This document shows positions 7,509 through 16,899 of a stretch of 64,000 nucleotides of DNA, in pieces. The notes under the pieces were generated by a model, which did no database searches, was not told the DNA's origin, and worked only from the letters and a program-made list of their open reading frames with translations. The stretch is from a virus. Taxonomy: Duplodnaviria; Caudoviricetes. Position 1 is the first letter of the stretch. Each line of letters begins with the position of its first letter. A program made the position numbers and the translations under genes. The DNA lies in IMG/VR virus record IMGVR_UViG_3300010885_022465, positions 532-64,531 of that record. The stretch is one strand, 5' to 3'.

Positions 7509-7697
7509 ATGGGAATGGTAGTAGCAAAAGTATTACTAGGTACAATGGGAGTATTGTTCCTAATGGCATTAATTGCGTATGTATGCAATGAAATAGATAA
7601 AGACCTAGCGACAAAACGTCGCTTGAAAAAGTGGAAGAAGTCACAAGAGCCACGTGTGATAATAGATAATGAGTGGGTAAAATGGACACAAAAATAA
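7509..7697 (+). CDS. small membrane protein
   Basis: Hydrophobic N-terminal helix then basic tail; start placed at the ATG after the upstream stop. Confidence 0.55.
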   Translation: MGMVVAKVLLGTMGVLFLMALIAYVCNEIDKDLATKRRLKKWKKSQEPRVIIDNEWVKWTQK

Positions 7698-7703
7698 ATA
7701 ATC

Positions 7704-7916
7704 ATGAAACTATACAATGTAATAGCAAAAATAGATTCGACTGTCGCTATCTATGAAAAAGTAACAACTGCAGATTGGAGTAAGTACTCAGAAACAGAAA
7801 AACAAATTGCGTTGAAGTATATAAACATACCTATCAACACGATAGAACTATTGAAATACGTACGAAATGCGTATCATCAGAATATAAAGAAATGGAGTAA
7901 AATAACTATTAAATAG
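7704..7916 (+). CDS. hypothetical protein
   Basis: ORF in early operon. Confidence 0.6.
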   Translation: MKLYNVIAKIDSTVAIYEKVTTADWSKYSETEKQIALKYINIPINTIELLKYVRNAYHQNIKKWSKITIK

Positions 7917-7923
7917 TAAAGTC

Positions 7924-8412
7924 ATGGAAATTAAGAAAATGTCAGGGAGATACGTGCGTATTGCTCCCGAGTATATTACTCATGAAACACGTGAGTACGT
8001 TGAATTAGAGGATGGGAATACCTCATGTAGATTCGAAGATACAACTGACAAAGATTGGGAAGAGTTTTGCAAATATCACAGGAGCAAACCATATAAAGAA
8101 GAATGCGTATACGTAAATCGTAATGGAGCATGCTTTAGTGACCCATACGAAGTATTCAAAGTAGTTGACGAGTTTTATGGTATAGATATGTTTAGGCATA
8201 CAGGTAATAATCCGTTCACAATAAACGAAGAGACGTTACTCAATGATTGTAAACACCAACTAATCATAGGAAATTATGGTAGCACTTGGTCTGCTGACTA
8301 TTTCGAGGTAGTTAAAAAAGTAGAAGAGACAAACATAGAGCATCTACCTATGGGTGTAGTTCAAGAAATCAAAACAATCTCGTGGGTGCGAGATGAAGAG
8401 TTTTATCAATAA
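7924..8412 (+). CDS. hypothetical protein
   Basis: 162-aa ORF in early operon. Confidence 0.7.
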   Translation: MEIKKMSGRYVRIAPEYITHETREYVELEDGNTSCRFEDTTDKDWEEFCKYHRSKPYKEECVYVNRNGACFSDPYEVFKVVDEFYGIDMFRHTGNNPFTINEETLLNDCKHQLIIGNYGSTWSADYFEVVKKVEETNIEHLPMGVVQEIKTISWVRDEEFYQ

Positions 8413-8435
8413 CCAATCACTATGACAATAAAAAA

Positions 8436-8702
8436 ATGGAAAGGCAAAGGTGGACAATGGAAGAACTCAATGCATGGGATGCAGAGGGGTTCACGGAACA
8501 ACAAATAATGGCTATATGTAAAGAGATATATCCCGTCGGAGAATTTGCTGCGGGTACATACGGCGGGTATGTAGCTCAATTAGAGCCACAAACATGGATA
8601 GGTGACCCTTTCAGACTGTTTGTAACAACAGGGCAAGGTCTATGTTACGACATAGAAAAAGAAGTAGGATACAGGTTTCAAAGACCTTATTATATGTTGT
8701 AA
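8436..8702 (+). CDS. hypothetical protein
   Basis: 88-aa ORF. Confidence 0.6.
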   Translation: MERQRWTMEELNAWDAEGFTEQQIMAICKEIYPVGEFAAGTYGGYVAQLEPQTWIGDPFRLFVTTGQGLCYDIEKEVGYRFQRPYYML

Positions 8703-8712
8703 ATTATAAATC

Positions 8713-8880
8713 ATGAGTACATACAAAGCAAGGGTAGGCAGTATCACCCTGTATGTTGTCGCTGAAGGAATAGCAGACGCGTATAAAAGAGTAGAGCCGT
8801 ATTATAGAGGGCAAACAATCGTCATTACATCCACGAGAAAGAGATGTGTAAAACAAAAACCATTATTCACATGGAACTAA
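8713..8880 (+). CDS. small hypothetical protein (55 aa)
   Basis: AAATTATAAATC-ATG leader; MSTYKARVGSITLYVVAEG... Confidence 0.5.
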   Translation: MSTYKARVGSITLYVVAEGIADAYKRVEPYYRGQTIVITSTRKRCVKQKPLFTWN

Positions 8881-9043
8881 ATGTAAATGAATTAATGTAC
8901 GAACATGGGTACATAGATTACCTTACGTACTTAAAGAATCAACAAAGTGGTAAGTAGAATATTATTGGACTTAGTCCTATTATTAATCATGGGTTTGTCA
9001 GCTACCCTTATAGGCTGTATCATTATTTAATAAATTATATATT

Positions 9044-10525
9044 ATGGAAAAAACTTGGTTAGGCAGCGAGATGCTGCTATGGATTGCAGACAAATCAATT
9101 CAAAAATCGTTTGTTGCTCAGTGTAGAAGCACTGCAATGGATAGAAGTTATCAGTCTTTTCATGACCTTATTAACTCCAATCTTACATGGGCAACTACAG
9201 TAGAGGGTGGAGAGTTTTGGAGAGACATGTCACGAAGAAATGACACACCCGACTATGTAAATATTGACGGTGAACAAGTACATATATCTTTAGTGGTAGA
9301 GTTCTCAGAGCATTCAAGAAGAGCAGGCGAGAGAACGCATATAGGTGACCTTTCTTGCGCTGAATGTATAGAGTTAGGCGAATGGTTTGAGTTAGACGAA
9401 CTAGAGTCTGTAGTTGATAGATACGGAAATCATCAAAGCTATATATCTTCTCACTGGTTAGAGGACGGCGACGGAGATTACGTAATTACAATCGAAGGAG
9501 ATTATATACACAGAAACGACGCTATATCAGCACAAGCTAATGATAAAGAGGCGTTTTACCCTTCAAGAAACAGAGGCGAATGCGTTAAGTCCGACAGAGA
9601 TGACAGATGGTTTACTAGTCCAAGAGTCGCTAATGATTTTGACTACTATTGGCGTGACCACGTTCAAGATTACATCCACCTTGATGAAGATGATTTTAAC
9701 GAGCCTGAAGAAGAAGATTCAGAAGATGCTAGAGAATACAACGCAGGATACCACAACCTTAATAGGACATGGAAAACACCTACCGCAACAAAATTCACTG
9801 TAGGCTTTGAGATAGAGAAAGAGGATAACGAGCTAGCGTGTAGGTATCACTATCAGGACTTGTATAATCGCACACAATGGTGCAAGGAACGTGACGGCTC
9901 ACTAGATGACAATTCAGGCTATGAGTTAGTATCACCTGTACTTGATTTATTCACTAATCAGCTAGAGGTAGAGCTTAAAGACGAGGCTATTCGTGAGCTA
10001 ATCAATGCCGAGTACTGCACATCAACATGCGGTGGTCACATCAATCTAGGTTCAAGCGAGTATTCTCCCGAAGAATTGTTCGAGGGTATGTCTGCTTTCT
10101 ATCCTTTATTGTATGCAATGTATCCTTACAGAATTAGTAAGAATTATAGCAAGGCAAAAAAGAAACATGAGTACTACCAAAAAGAAAAGTATTCTGCTAT
10201 CTATATGCGTGACCAAGTATTAGAGTTCAGAATCTTTTCAGGTGTTAAGAATGTAGAGCAACTTGTTTGGAGACGTGACTTGATTCGCATATTCTGCGAC
10301 AACATCAACAAGTCAGAGTCAGACGTACTACGTATGCTTATCGAGCATCGTAGCAAATTGTACAAACACTTACGCAAAGTGTACAGCCAAGAGACTTTGA
10401 TTGACAAGACTGAATTGTTTATCAATCACGTTCGTGAATGGAACAACAAAAAGTTGCCTGCAATTGACCGCGAGCAACTTAAGAGAGACAAAATCATCGA
10501 CAACAATGCAGATAAAGCTGCTTAA
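9044..10525 (+). CDS. putative amidoligase (COOH-NH2 ligase, phiEco32-type) with acidic N-terminal extension
   Basis: GFEIE, RDGSL, GYELVSPVL, CGGHINLG and LEFRIF motifs. Confidence 0.8.
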   Translation: MEKTWLGSEMLLWIADKSIQKSFVAQCRSTAMDRSYQSFHDLINSNLTWATTVEGGEFWRDMSRRNDTPDYVNIDGEQVHISLVVEFSEHSRRAGERTHIGDLSCAECIELGEWFELDELESVVDRYGNHQSYISSHWLEDGDGDYVITIEGDYIHRNDAISAQANDKEAFYPSRNRGECVKSDRDDRWFTSPRVANDFDYYWRDHVQDYIHLDEDDFNEPEEEDSEDAREYNAGYHNLNRTWKTPTATKFTVGFEIEKEDNELACRYHYQDLYNRTQWCKERDGSLDDNSGYELVSPVLDLFTNQLEVELKDEAIRELINAEYCTSTCGGHINLGSSEYSPEELFEGMSAFYPLLYAMYPYRISKNYSKAKKKHEYYQKEKYSAIYMRDQVLEFRIFSGVKNVEQLVWRRDLIRIFCDNINKSESDVLRMLIEHRSKLYKHLRKVYSQETLIDKTELFINHVREWNNKKLPAIDREQLKRDKIIDNNADKAA

Positions 10526-10555
10526 TTAAATTATAAACTATTAAAATTAAATATC

Positions 10556-11521
10556 ATGTGTATAGCAATAATGAATGGATTCAAAACGACACTCAAAAAG
10601 GATTGGGTTCGTAACTCTTGGGAAAACAATGGCGATGGCGCAGGTCTGCTATGGGTAAACGACGGCAAGTTAGAAATCTTTAAAGAGATGACTACGTTCG
10701 ACACGTACTACAATAAGTATATAGAAGTACGCAAAGAGTTTCCAAAAAGTAATATATTACTACACTTCCGTATCTCAACACACGGCAAGATTAACTCGAC
10801 CAACTGTCATCCTTTCTTGGTTGATAAGACTATGGGATTCATACATAATGGTATGATTCACCAAGTAGAACGCAACACAGAATTCAGTGACACGTACATG
10901 TTCAACGAGCTTATCCTTAAGAAGTTACCAAAAGGATTCGAGAAGAATGTTGCAATGCAAGAGTTGTTACATAGCTACATCGACAGCAGTAAGTTAGTGT
11001 TCTTAAGTAACAAGAACGAGCCTACGATTATCAACGAAGAAGCAGGTCACTGGGTAGGTGACACGTGGTTCAGTAACTCATCATACAAACAGGTTAACTC
11101 ATGGGTTGACTACGGAGGGACAAAGAAATCAAAGTCAGCAGTTGGCTATGCCTCTCAAGGTTGGTACGGAGGCACAAGCTATGCTACGTCATGGGATAAA
11201 ACAAGTACATATACATCTAATGCTTATGTTGATGCTAAGATTACAAGTCACACATGTACAGGTTGCAAAGATTATCTATATGAAGATGAGGTACTTGACG
11301 GTATGTGTTCGTACTGCATTGAGGAAGCGGCAATGCACGAATTGGAAGACGTTAAAGAGTACTCGATAGCTGATGACTTAACTACGTATGAATGTCAATG
11401 CGACGGCTGCGACTCATTAAAGATTACAAAATGGAACGTTGCTTACTCTGCATCATTATGCAAGACTTGCGACGACTCATTAATAGAGACGGAACAAGAA
11501 CTTTACCCAAAGTACTACTAA
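10556..11521 (+). CDS. class II (Ntn) glutamine amidotransferase with C-terminal CxxC motifs
   Basis: N-terminal MC, NGDGAG, HFRISTHG, NCHPF, HNG, SDT; CxxC pairs at the C-terminus. Confidence 0.85.
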   Translation: MCIAIMNGFKTTLKKDWVRNSWENNGDGAGLLWVNDGKLEIFKEMTTFDTYYNKYIEVRKEFPKSNILLHFRISTHGKINSTNCHPFLVDKTMGFIHNGMIHQVERNTEFSDTYMFNELILKKLPKGFEKNVAMQELLHSYIDSSKLVFLSNKNEPTIINEEAGHWVGDTWFSNSSYKQVNSWVDYGGTKKSKSAVGYASQGWYGGTSYATSWDKTSTYTSNAYVDAKITSHTCTGCKDYLYEDEVLDGMCSYCIEEAAMHELEDVKEYSIADDLTTYECQCDGCDSLKITKWNVAYSASLCKTCDDSLIETEQELYPKYY

Positions 11522-11600
11522 TCAATCACTATCACATGTTAAAATTAGAGTACTTCATCATAGCTGCAATACTTTTATTATTGTGGTTTTTATAAAACAC

Positions 11601-11626
11601 GGCAGGGCTTCGGCTCTGCCTTATTA
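11601..11626 (+). terminator. GC hairpin with UUCG loop (terminator or processing site)
   Basis: GGCAGGGC-TTCG-GCTCTGCC-TTATT. Confidence 0.6.
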
Positions 11627-11634
11627 AACTAACT

Positions 11635-11922
11635 ATGAGTTTATATACAGACTACAGAGACGAAATATTATCATTACTAAACAATCACGACTGGGGTATA
11701 GGATGCAATAAAATGCCCGATATGGATATAATTGGTCAGTTTGAATTGGAAATTGATATGCTAACAGAAGGCAAGCTACTTAACTACATTAAAACTCTTG
11801 GAGAGACTACGGAAAACTATACAGACAAAGTTTCTTTCTATGAGAATGTAATTACAAAATACTGCCAACATAAGATTAAAACTGAAGAAAGTTTAAAGTT
11901 TTATTTTCAATTTTATTTTTAA
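11635..11922 (+). CDS. hypothetical protein
   Basis: 95-aa ORF. Confidence 0.6.
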   Translation: MSLYTDYRDEILSLLNNHDWGIGCNKMPDMDIIGQFELEIDMLTEGKLLNYIKTLGETTENYTDKVSFYENVITKYCQHKIKTEESLKFYFQFYF

Positions 11923-11952
11923 TATTAATATTAATTTCTTAACTTTACACCT

Positions 11953-12174
11953 ATGTTTACAGAGAAAGAGTTGACCACTTTAAGCGAGCAAGGGCTCGAA
12001 ATGAGAGTACGAACAAGCTACTACATTGTGCCTGCTGGGTGCAGTGATTTAGATGAGTACGCAATGCATGAATCAGTTAATTCCCCTAATGATTTAGAGG
12101 TAGCTGCCATGCGAGTAATTAACAAAATGAATATCCTATTAAATGAGGATGAATATAAACGACAATGCGAGTAA
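11953..12174 (+). CDS. hypothetical protein
   Basis: ORF 5 nt after TAACTTTA promoter-like element. Confidence 0.6.
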   Translation: MFTEKELTTLSEQGLEMRVRTSYYIVPAGCSDLDEYAMHESVNSPNDLEVAAMRVINKMNILLNEDEYKRQCE

Positions 12175-12422
12175 GACAAAATGTAAAAGGAATCAAAGAC
12201 CTAATGGGTCAGTTAACTCAGTCTGAGTTAGCTAAAGAATTAATAGACAGAGAAGCTAGTGGCAATTGGTATTCTCACATGAATGTAAGTAATCTTATTC
12301 ATGGTGTTACCATACCTAGAAACCCGTCTGTACTATTAGTACTAGCAGACATCTTTGAGGTGTCTATTGAAGAAATGATTAATAGATATAGTTATGAGGA
12401 AAGTAATAGCAGTAAGGTTTGA
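12165..12422 (+). CDS. XRE-like helix-turn-helix protein
   Basis: LTQSELAKEL...VSNLIHG...LLVLADIFEVSIEEM. Confidence 0.7.
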   Translation: MRVRQNVKGIKDLMGQLTQSELAKELIDREASGNWYSHMNVSNLIHGVTIPRNPSVLLVLADIFEVSIEEMINRYSYEESNSSKV

Positions 12423-12831
12423 CGGAGTACTAGGAAGAAGTGCTTCATCAATTACTCCAGGCAAGGTGTATCCTTTGGTAGTTCCCGTTTACGAAAATGT
12501 TCCATACGGAAGGGCTATGCTTAATGGATGTGAGATAACCGTTACGTTTAATAGGGAATCAGCTCATCTTGGAGGTAAAAAATGGACATTGATATACGAA
12601 GATGTAGGAACAATCATAATCTCCAACGAGAACACAATGTTTCTGACGGACTTAACGCTTGGTAAAGAGTATAAGATAGAAGGGATGGACGATGAAATAG
12701 TAAAGATTAAAAATGACGCTCAGACTGAGGTGCATTTAAAAATTAATTCACGCGTAACATTTTACATAATAATAAATAATCAAGTAATAAATAATAAAAA
12801 GTATGAACACACAAGAACTACAACAGCTTAA
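12394..12831 (+). CDS. hypothetical protein with duplicated beta-rich unit
   Basis: ITPGKVY / LTLGKEY repeats. Confidence 0.6.
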   Translation: MRKVIAVRFDGVLGRSASSITPGKVYPLVVPVYENVPYGRAMLNGCEITVTFNRESAHLGGKKWTLIYEDVGTIIISNENTMFLTDLTLGKEYKIEGMDDEIVKIKNDAQTEVHLKINSRVTFYIIINNQVINNKKYEHTRTTTA

Positions 12832-13414
12832 CATTTATCAAAAGCTACACCTAATCCAAGAAAAAATTATTGGATTAAAGAAAGACAAGAAGTCTTTTAG
12901 TTATGAGTATGTAACAGGGACTAAAATCCTAGGGTTTATAAAGCCCCTAATGAATGAGCTAGGACTACTGCTCAAGCAAGAGGTAGTATCTATAGAGAAT
13001 ACTCGTATGGATTATCAAGCAAAGAACGGAGCTAAGACAGAGGTGCTATCAAAAGTAATGATGAAGTTCACATGGATAGACGTTATGACGGGTGAAATGG
13101 ATGAGAATTCATTTGGTGCTAATGGTCAGAATGACTTCGAGAAAGGTTTGGGTTCAGCCTTAACGTATGCCGAGCGATACTTCTTACTTAAGTATTTCCA
13201 TATTGCTACAGACGAGGATGATATAGACAACCCTGAAAGACGTACATCTGCACCAGTTATACCTGCGTTCGCTGAAGAAAGAATAAGCAAGGCTATCACA
13301 GCTAATGCCGAGCAAAGTGTTCTCGACGGCAACGGAACTAAATGGAACTTAACTGCAGAACAAATTGTAACATTGCAAAATTCAATTAAAGAAAAAGCAG
13401 ATGAATCCAAATGA
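12803..13414 (+). CDS. erf: ERF-family single-strand annealing protein
   Basis: KGLGSALTYAERYFLLKYFHIATDEDD signature. Confidence 0.85.
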   Translation: MNTQELQQLNIYQKLHLIQEKIIGLKKDKKSFSYEYVTGTKILGFIKPLMNELGLLLKQEVVSIENTRMDYQAKNGAKTEVLSKVMMKFTWIDVMTGEMDENSFGANGQNDFEKGLGSALTYAERYFLLKYFHIATDEDDIDNPERRTSAPVIPAFAEERISKAITANAEQSVLDGNGTKWNLTAEQIVTLQNSIKEKADESK

Positions 13415-13943
13415 CATCAAGCACGATGATTCTATAGCGATAGTTAGAATGTGCATTAAGATGAGCGATTGTCTTAATGAATACGACGACCTAGAGTATC
13501 TTAAAAGTATCAAGAAAAACAAAAGGTATAAACATGAGATACGTCGTGCGATAAACGATTGGGGTAAAGAGATTGATGTATTTTCATCAAGATTTTTAAT
13601 TCCTTTTGCTCAATCAGACGAGAAAACCTGCGTAGAACTGACTACATACTTTCGAGACTTATCAGATAGCATTAAGTTTAGAACTGAAGAAGAGACGAGT
13701 ATATTACTTATCTACGCAAAGTGCGCTTCAATACTAATAGACATATCTCCAATGGAATACACTGACGAACTTATTCAGATGGTAGTTAAGAAAACGTATG
13801 CAGTCCTTCACACTATAGAAACAAAATGGATGCAGGGCATTCAGTTAGTTACTAACGATGGCTACGACATGAAGCAAATAATCATTGGCTTCAATCAGCT
13901 TGGTAGAAAAATAATGTATAATAAACCTACGGAAGATGAGTGA
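13401..13943 (+). CDS. hypothetical protein
   Basis: 180-aa coupled ORF. Confidence 0.7.
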   Translation: MNPNDIKHDDSIAIVRMCIKMSDCLNEYDDLEYLKSIKKNKRYKHEIRRAINDWGKEIDVFSSRFLIPFAQSDEKTCVELTTYFRDLSDSIKFRTEEETSILLIYAKCASILIDISPMEYTDELIQMVVKKTYAVLHTIETKWMQGIQLVTNDGYDMKQIIIGFNQLGRKIMYNKPTEDE

Positions 13944-14322
13944 TTTTAATGTTGGAGATAGAGTTGTCTGTATTGACGACTCTAAACCAAAAGATTTTAA
14001 ACCTCATCACTTCCCTAATTGGGTAGTACAAGACGAGATTTACCACGTAAGAGCAATCCTAAACAACGATGACATAGTTCCTGGTGTATTGCTTAGGGAG
14101 ATTAAAAATCCTATGTTATTCATTCCTTTAATCAACGAGCTTCAAGAAGGGGCATTTAGAGAAACAAGATTCAGCCTATTGAAGTCTGCGCAAATGATTA
14201 TGGAAACTGAAGAACATTCTGCTGAAGTGTTTAAGAGGTGGAAACAAAAACAAAAACAGAAATATGAAAACAATTACATCAACAATGCTTTTGTGGGTAG
14301 CACTCACGAGCCTAACAGCTAA
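13936..14322 (+). CDS. hypothetical protein (FNVGDRVVCIDD N-terminus)
   Basis: Common phage SH3-like N-terminal motif. Confidence 0.65.
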   Translation: MSDFNVGDRVVCIDDSKPKDFKPHHFPNWVVQDEIYHVRAILNNDDIVPGVLLREIKNPMLFIPLINELQEGAFRETRFSLLKSAQMIMETEEHSAEVFKRWKQKQKQKYENNYINNAFVGSTHEPNS

Positions 14323-14611
14323 AGACGTTCACTATCACATGATTTCTTGGTATGGAAAACCATTTCATGGCAGATACACTAAGTCAGGTGAAATATTTGA
14401 TATGTACAAATTAACCTGTGCATCAAATACTTACAAGTTCGGAACTAAATTAAAAGTAACAAACCCTGAGACAGGTAAAAGTGTAGTGGTAAGAGTTAAC
14501 GATTCAGGAGGTTTTTCTAAGATTAAATTAGATTTATCTATGGAAGCCTTCAAGCGTATTGCAGACCTACAAAGAGGATGCATAAAAGTAACAATTAAAG
14601 TATTAAAATAA
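14264..14611 (+). CDS. rlpA: RlpA-like double-psi beta-barrel lytic transglycosylase with signal peptide
   Basis: SWYGKPFHGRYTKSGEIFDM...TCAS...FGTKLKVTN...VVVRVND...LDLS; hydrophobic N-terminus. Confidence 0.85.
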   Translation: MKTITSTMLLWVALTSLTAKDVHYHMISWYGKPFHGRYTKSGEIFDMYKLTCASNTYKFGTKLKVTNPETGKSVVVRVNDSGGFSKIKLDLSMEAFKRIADLQRGCIKVTIKVLK

Positions 14612-14616
14612 TAATT

Positions 14617-14835
14617 ATGAGTAGAATATTAGTAGAATACAATCCTGTAATGTCGCTTCGAGCGTATGACATTATTAGAGACGCTGTAAGCCCATCAATG
14701 ATAGCTGACGATGGAAGCACATGTCAATACGAAATTGATATGGTTGCCGAATGCTTAGGAGATAATGACCTTATTGCAGATTTAAACGCAATTGACGGGT
14801 TAAGATTAGAAGGAGTAAGTTACATAGAAATTTAA
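14617..14835 (+). CDS. hypothetical protein
   Basis: ORF in operon. Confidence 0.55.
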   Translation: MSRILVEYNPVMSLRAYDIIRDAVSPSMIADDGSTCQYEIDMVAECLGDNDLIADLNAIDGLRLEGVSYIEI

Positions 14836-14837
14836 TC

Positions 14838-15029
14838 ATGAAACATATATTATTAATGGGAAAGGTATTATACATAACATCATTAGTCTTTACAATGGTG
14901 TTCTTACTAATGTTTATCATACATAGAGATATGCAATCATTCAAAGAGTTTGCAGTTACATTTATTATAAGCGTTGTGTTGCTGTTAGCAGTTGTAACAA
15001 TAGAAATTTTAGAAGAAATTAAAAAATGA
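14838..15029 (+). CDS. small two-helix membrane protein
   Basis: Two hydrophobic segments. Confidence 0.55.
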   Translation: MKHILLMGKVLYITSLVFTMVFLLMFIIHRDMQSFKEFAVTFIISVVLLLAVVTIEILEEIKK

Positions 15030-15106
15030 TTGTAGCCAAACTAATCCTGGCAATCATTGTAGCTACATTGTTTTCACTTCTTTATACATACAATAAATAA
15101 TAAATT

Positions 15107-15298
15107 ATGAGGATACATTATTCAAAGCATACAAGCAAGAGCGCAATACTTGATGACTACGCACAAAACGTACAAATAATCGAAGCGCTGACAGAACAAA
15201 TGGATAAAATAAAAGTTAAACTTAAAACCTTAAAGTCTGACAATCAGAACATTAACAAGACATATCAAAGGAGATATGGAGAGAGTATAAACAATTAA
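15107..15298 (+). CDS. hypothetical coiled-coil protein
   Basis: ORF with A-rich leader. Confidence 0.55.
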   Translation: MRIHYSKHTSKSAILDDYAQNVQIIEALTEQMDKIKVKLKTLKSDNQNINKTYQRRYGESINN

Positions 15299-15308
15299 AC
15301 AATAAATT

Positions 15309-16064
15309 ATGGAGACAATTAAAATTAGATGCTCAAGCATCGGTAAGATTATGACTGGAGCTACACAAGTAGGACTTACAGCAAAACAAGAAGAAACTTT
15401 AGCAGGCTTGTTAGCAAAGATTAAGCTAACAGAAAGACAAGCAGAAGAACGCGACAGATTGATTGCAAAACGTGACGCTAAGCCCGAACTATCAGTAGGT
15501 GCTAAAACTTACGTAGAATCATTGGTTAAGGCAAATTACTTGATGTATGAGGGTGCGCAGTTATTCTCATCTAAGGAAACGCAGAAAGGATTGATGGTAG
15601 AAGACGCTGCAATCTCTTTCTTGTCTGACTTTTACTTCGATGAATACAAGAAGAATGATGAGTATTTCTCTAACGAATACATTCATGGAACGCCCGACAT
15701 CGTGCACAATAAAATCATTAAAGATGTTAAGTGTCCTTGGTCAAAAGCTACGTTTCCTATTACATTGAAAGATGCAATAAACACGGACTACGAATGGCAA
15801 GTAAGAGGTTACATGTGGCTAACAAATTCTGACATGGCAACAATAGAGTACACATTGATGGATACTCCTGAAGAGCTATGCAAGTACGAAGACCCTTTGC
15901 TTCATCAAGTATATTACCTACCTGCTGAAAAAAGAGTATTCCAAGTAGTGTATCTACATGACCAGGAAAAACAAGACATGATTAAGACGCAGGTAGAAAT
16001 GTGTCAGCAATACGCAAAAGACTTTTACGATTTAATTACAGACAATCAATTACAGCAATTATGA
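15309..16064 (+). CDS. YqaJ/lambda-exonuclease-like nuclease
   Basis: RCSSIGKIM, KGLMVE, GTPDIV, DVKCPW, YEWQVRGYMWL. Confidence 0.85.
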   Translation: METIKIRCSSIGKIMTGATQVGLTAKQEETLAGLLAKIKLTERQAEERDRLIAKRDAKPELSVGAKTYVESLVKANYLMYEGAQLFSSKETQKGLMVEDAAISFLSDFYFDEYKKNDEYFSNEYIHGTPDIVHNKIIKDVKCPWSKATFPITLKDAINTDYEWQVRGYMWLTNSDMATIEYTLMDTPEELCKYEDPLLHQVYYLPAEKRVFQVVYLHDQEKQDMIKTQVEMCQQYAKDFYDLITDNQLQQL

Positions 16065-16267
16065 AAATCAAACACTATTTAAACAGAAACAAATATATTC
16101 AGCAAAACGTCACACTAGGCAAAGGAAAGTATGCTAACAGTTCTATCGCAGAGTTGGATACGCAATACATATCATACGCACTAGAAACGTTTAACCTTGA
16201 TGACGGCATGCGATATGTTCTTGCGCAAGAATTAGACAAACGATGTAATTTAAAACAATTCATTTAA
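16061..16267 (+). CDS. hypothetical protein (GKY motif)
   Basis: LGKGKYANSSIAELDTQYI; ATGA coupling at 16061. Confidence 0.55.
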   Translation: MKIKHYLNRNKYIQQNVTLGKGKYANSSIAELDTQYISYALETFNLDDGMRYVLAQELDKRCNLKQFI

Positions 16268-16275
16268 TCACTATC

Positions 16276-16539
16276 ATGAGCAAAAAATCAAATGTAACTG
16301 ACAGGTCAAAGTTAGACCCAAGCATTGCAGAAGAAGCAGAAGTAATAGAAAAACTAAAAACGCTACCAAAGATTAACTATGAAGCGTATATGGAACTATT
16401 CAAGTCAGGACAAATAGAAAGGTTTATAAAGTTCAAACACCCTAAAGTAATCTTCTTTGACGAAGAGACGGGTATGTTCTGTTACTACAATCCTTACTAC
16501 AGAAAAATATTAAAATGTGCTGAATGGAAATCTGAATAG
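16276..16539 (+). CDS. hypothetical protein
   Basis: 87-aa ORF. Confidence 0.6.
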   Translation: MSKKSNVTDRSKLDPSIAEEAEVIEKLKTLPKINYEAYMELFKSGQIERFIKFKHPKVIFFDEETGMFCYYNPYYRKILKCAEWKSE

Positions 16540-16549
16540 AATTTTTTAT

Positions 16550-16657
16550 TATATTTGCAATGTAGTTCGCTCTCACAATATAGAACAAAAAAATTAGTAT
16601 ATCCCTATTTAACGAGTAACGATGTGAGAGCCGTGAAAATTAAGTAGGGTTTTTTTA
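16550..16657 (+). ncRNA. Promoter plus leader RNA with complementary-loop terminator upstream of replication operon
   Basis: TATATTTG (16550); GTTC-gctctcacaatata-GAAC; terminator CCCTATTTAA...TTAAGTAGGG-T run carrying TGTGAGAGC, the complement of GCTCTCACA. Confidence 0.65.
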
Positions 16658-16699
16658 TCACTAAATTTTGCGTGTTTTTAAATAAAATACGAATAGACT

Positions 16700-16897
16700 A
16701 TGGATGACGTAAAGTTATTGTTCTTAGGAACAAAAGAAACAGACACCAATCAAGTATCGCTAGAATTATTTGCAACAAACAGAAACACTGTTATGATTAC
16801 AATGGAATCTGATGGTATCCAGTTAATGGAAGTAAGTAAGCAGACTGCAATAAGACTAAGCAAAGAGCTTAAAAAACAAATAGCTTTACTAGATTAG
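16700..16897 (+). CDS. hypothetical protein
   Basis: First ORF after the leader. Confidence 0.65.
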   Translation: MDDVKLLFLGTKETDTNQVSLELFATNRNTVMITMESDGIQLMEVSKQTAIRLSKELKKQIALLD

Positions 16898-16899
16898 CC

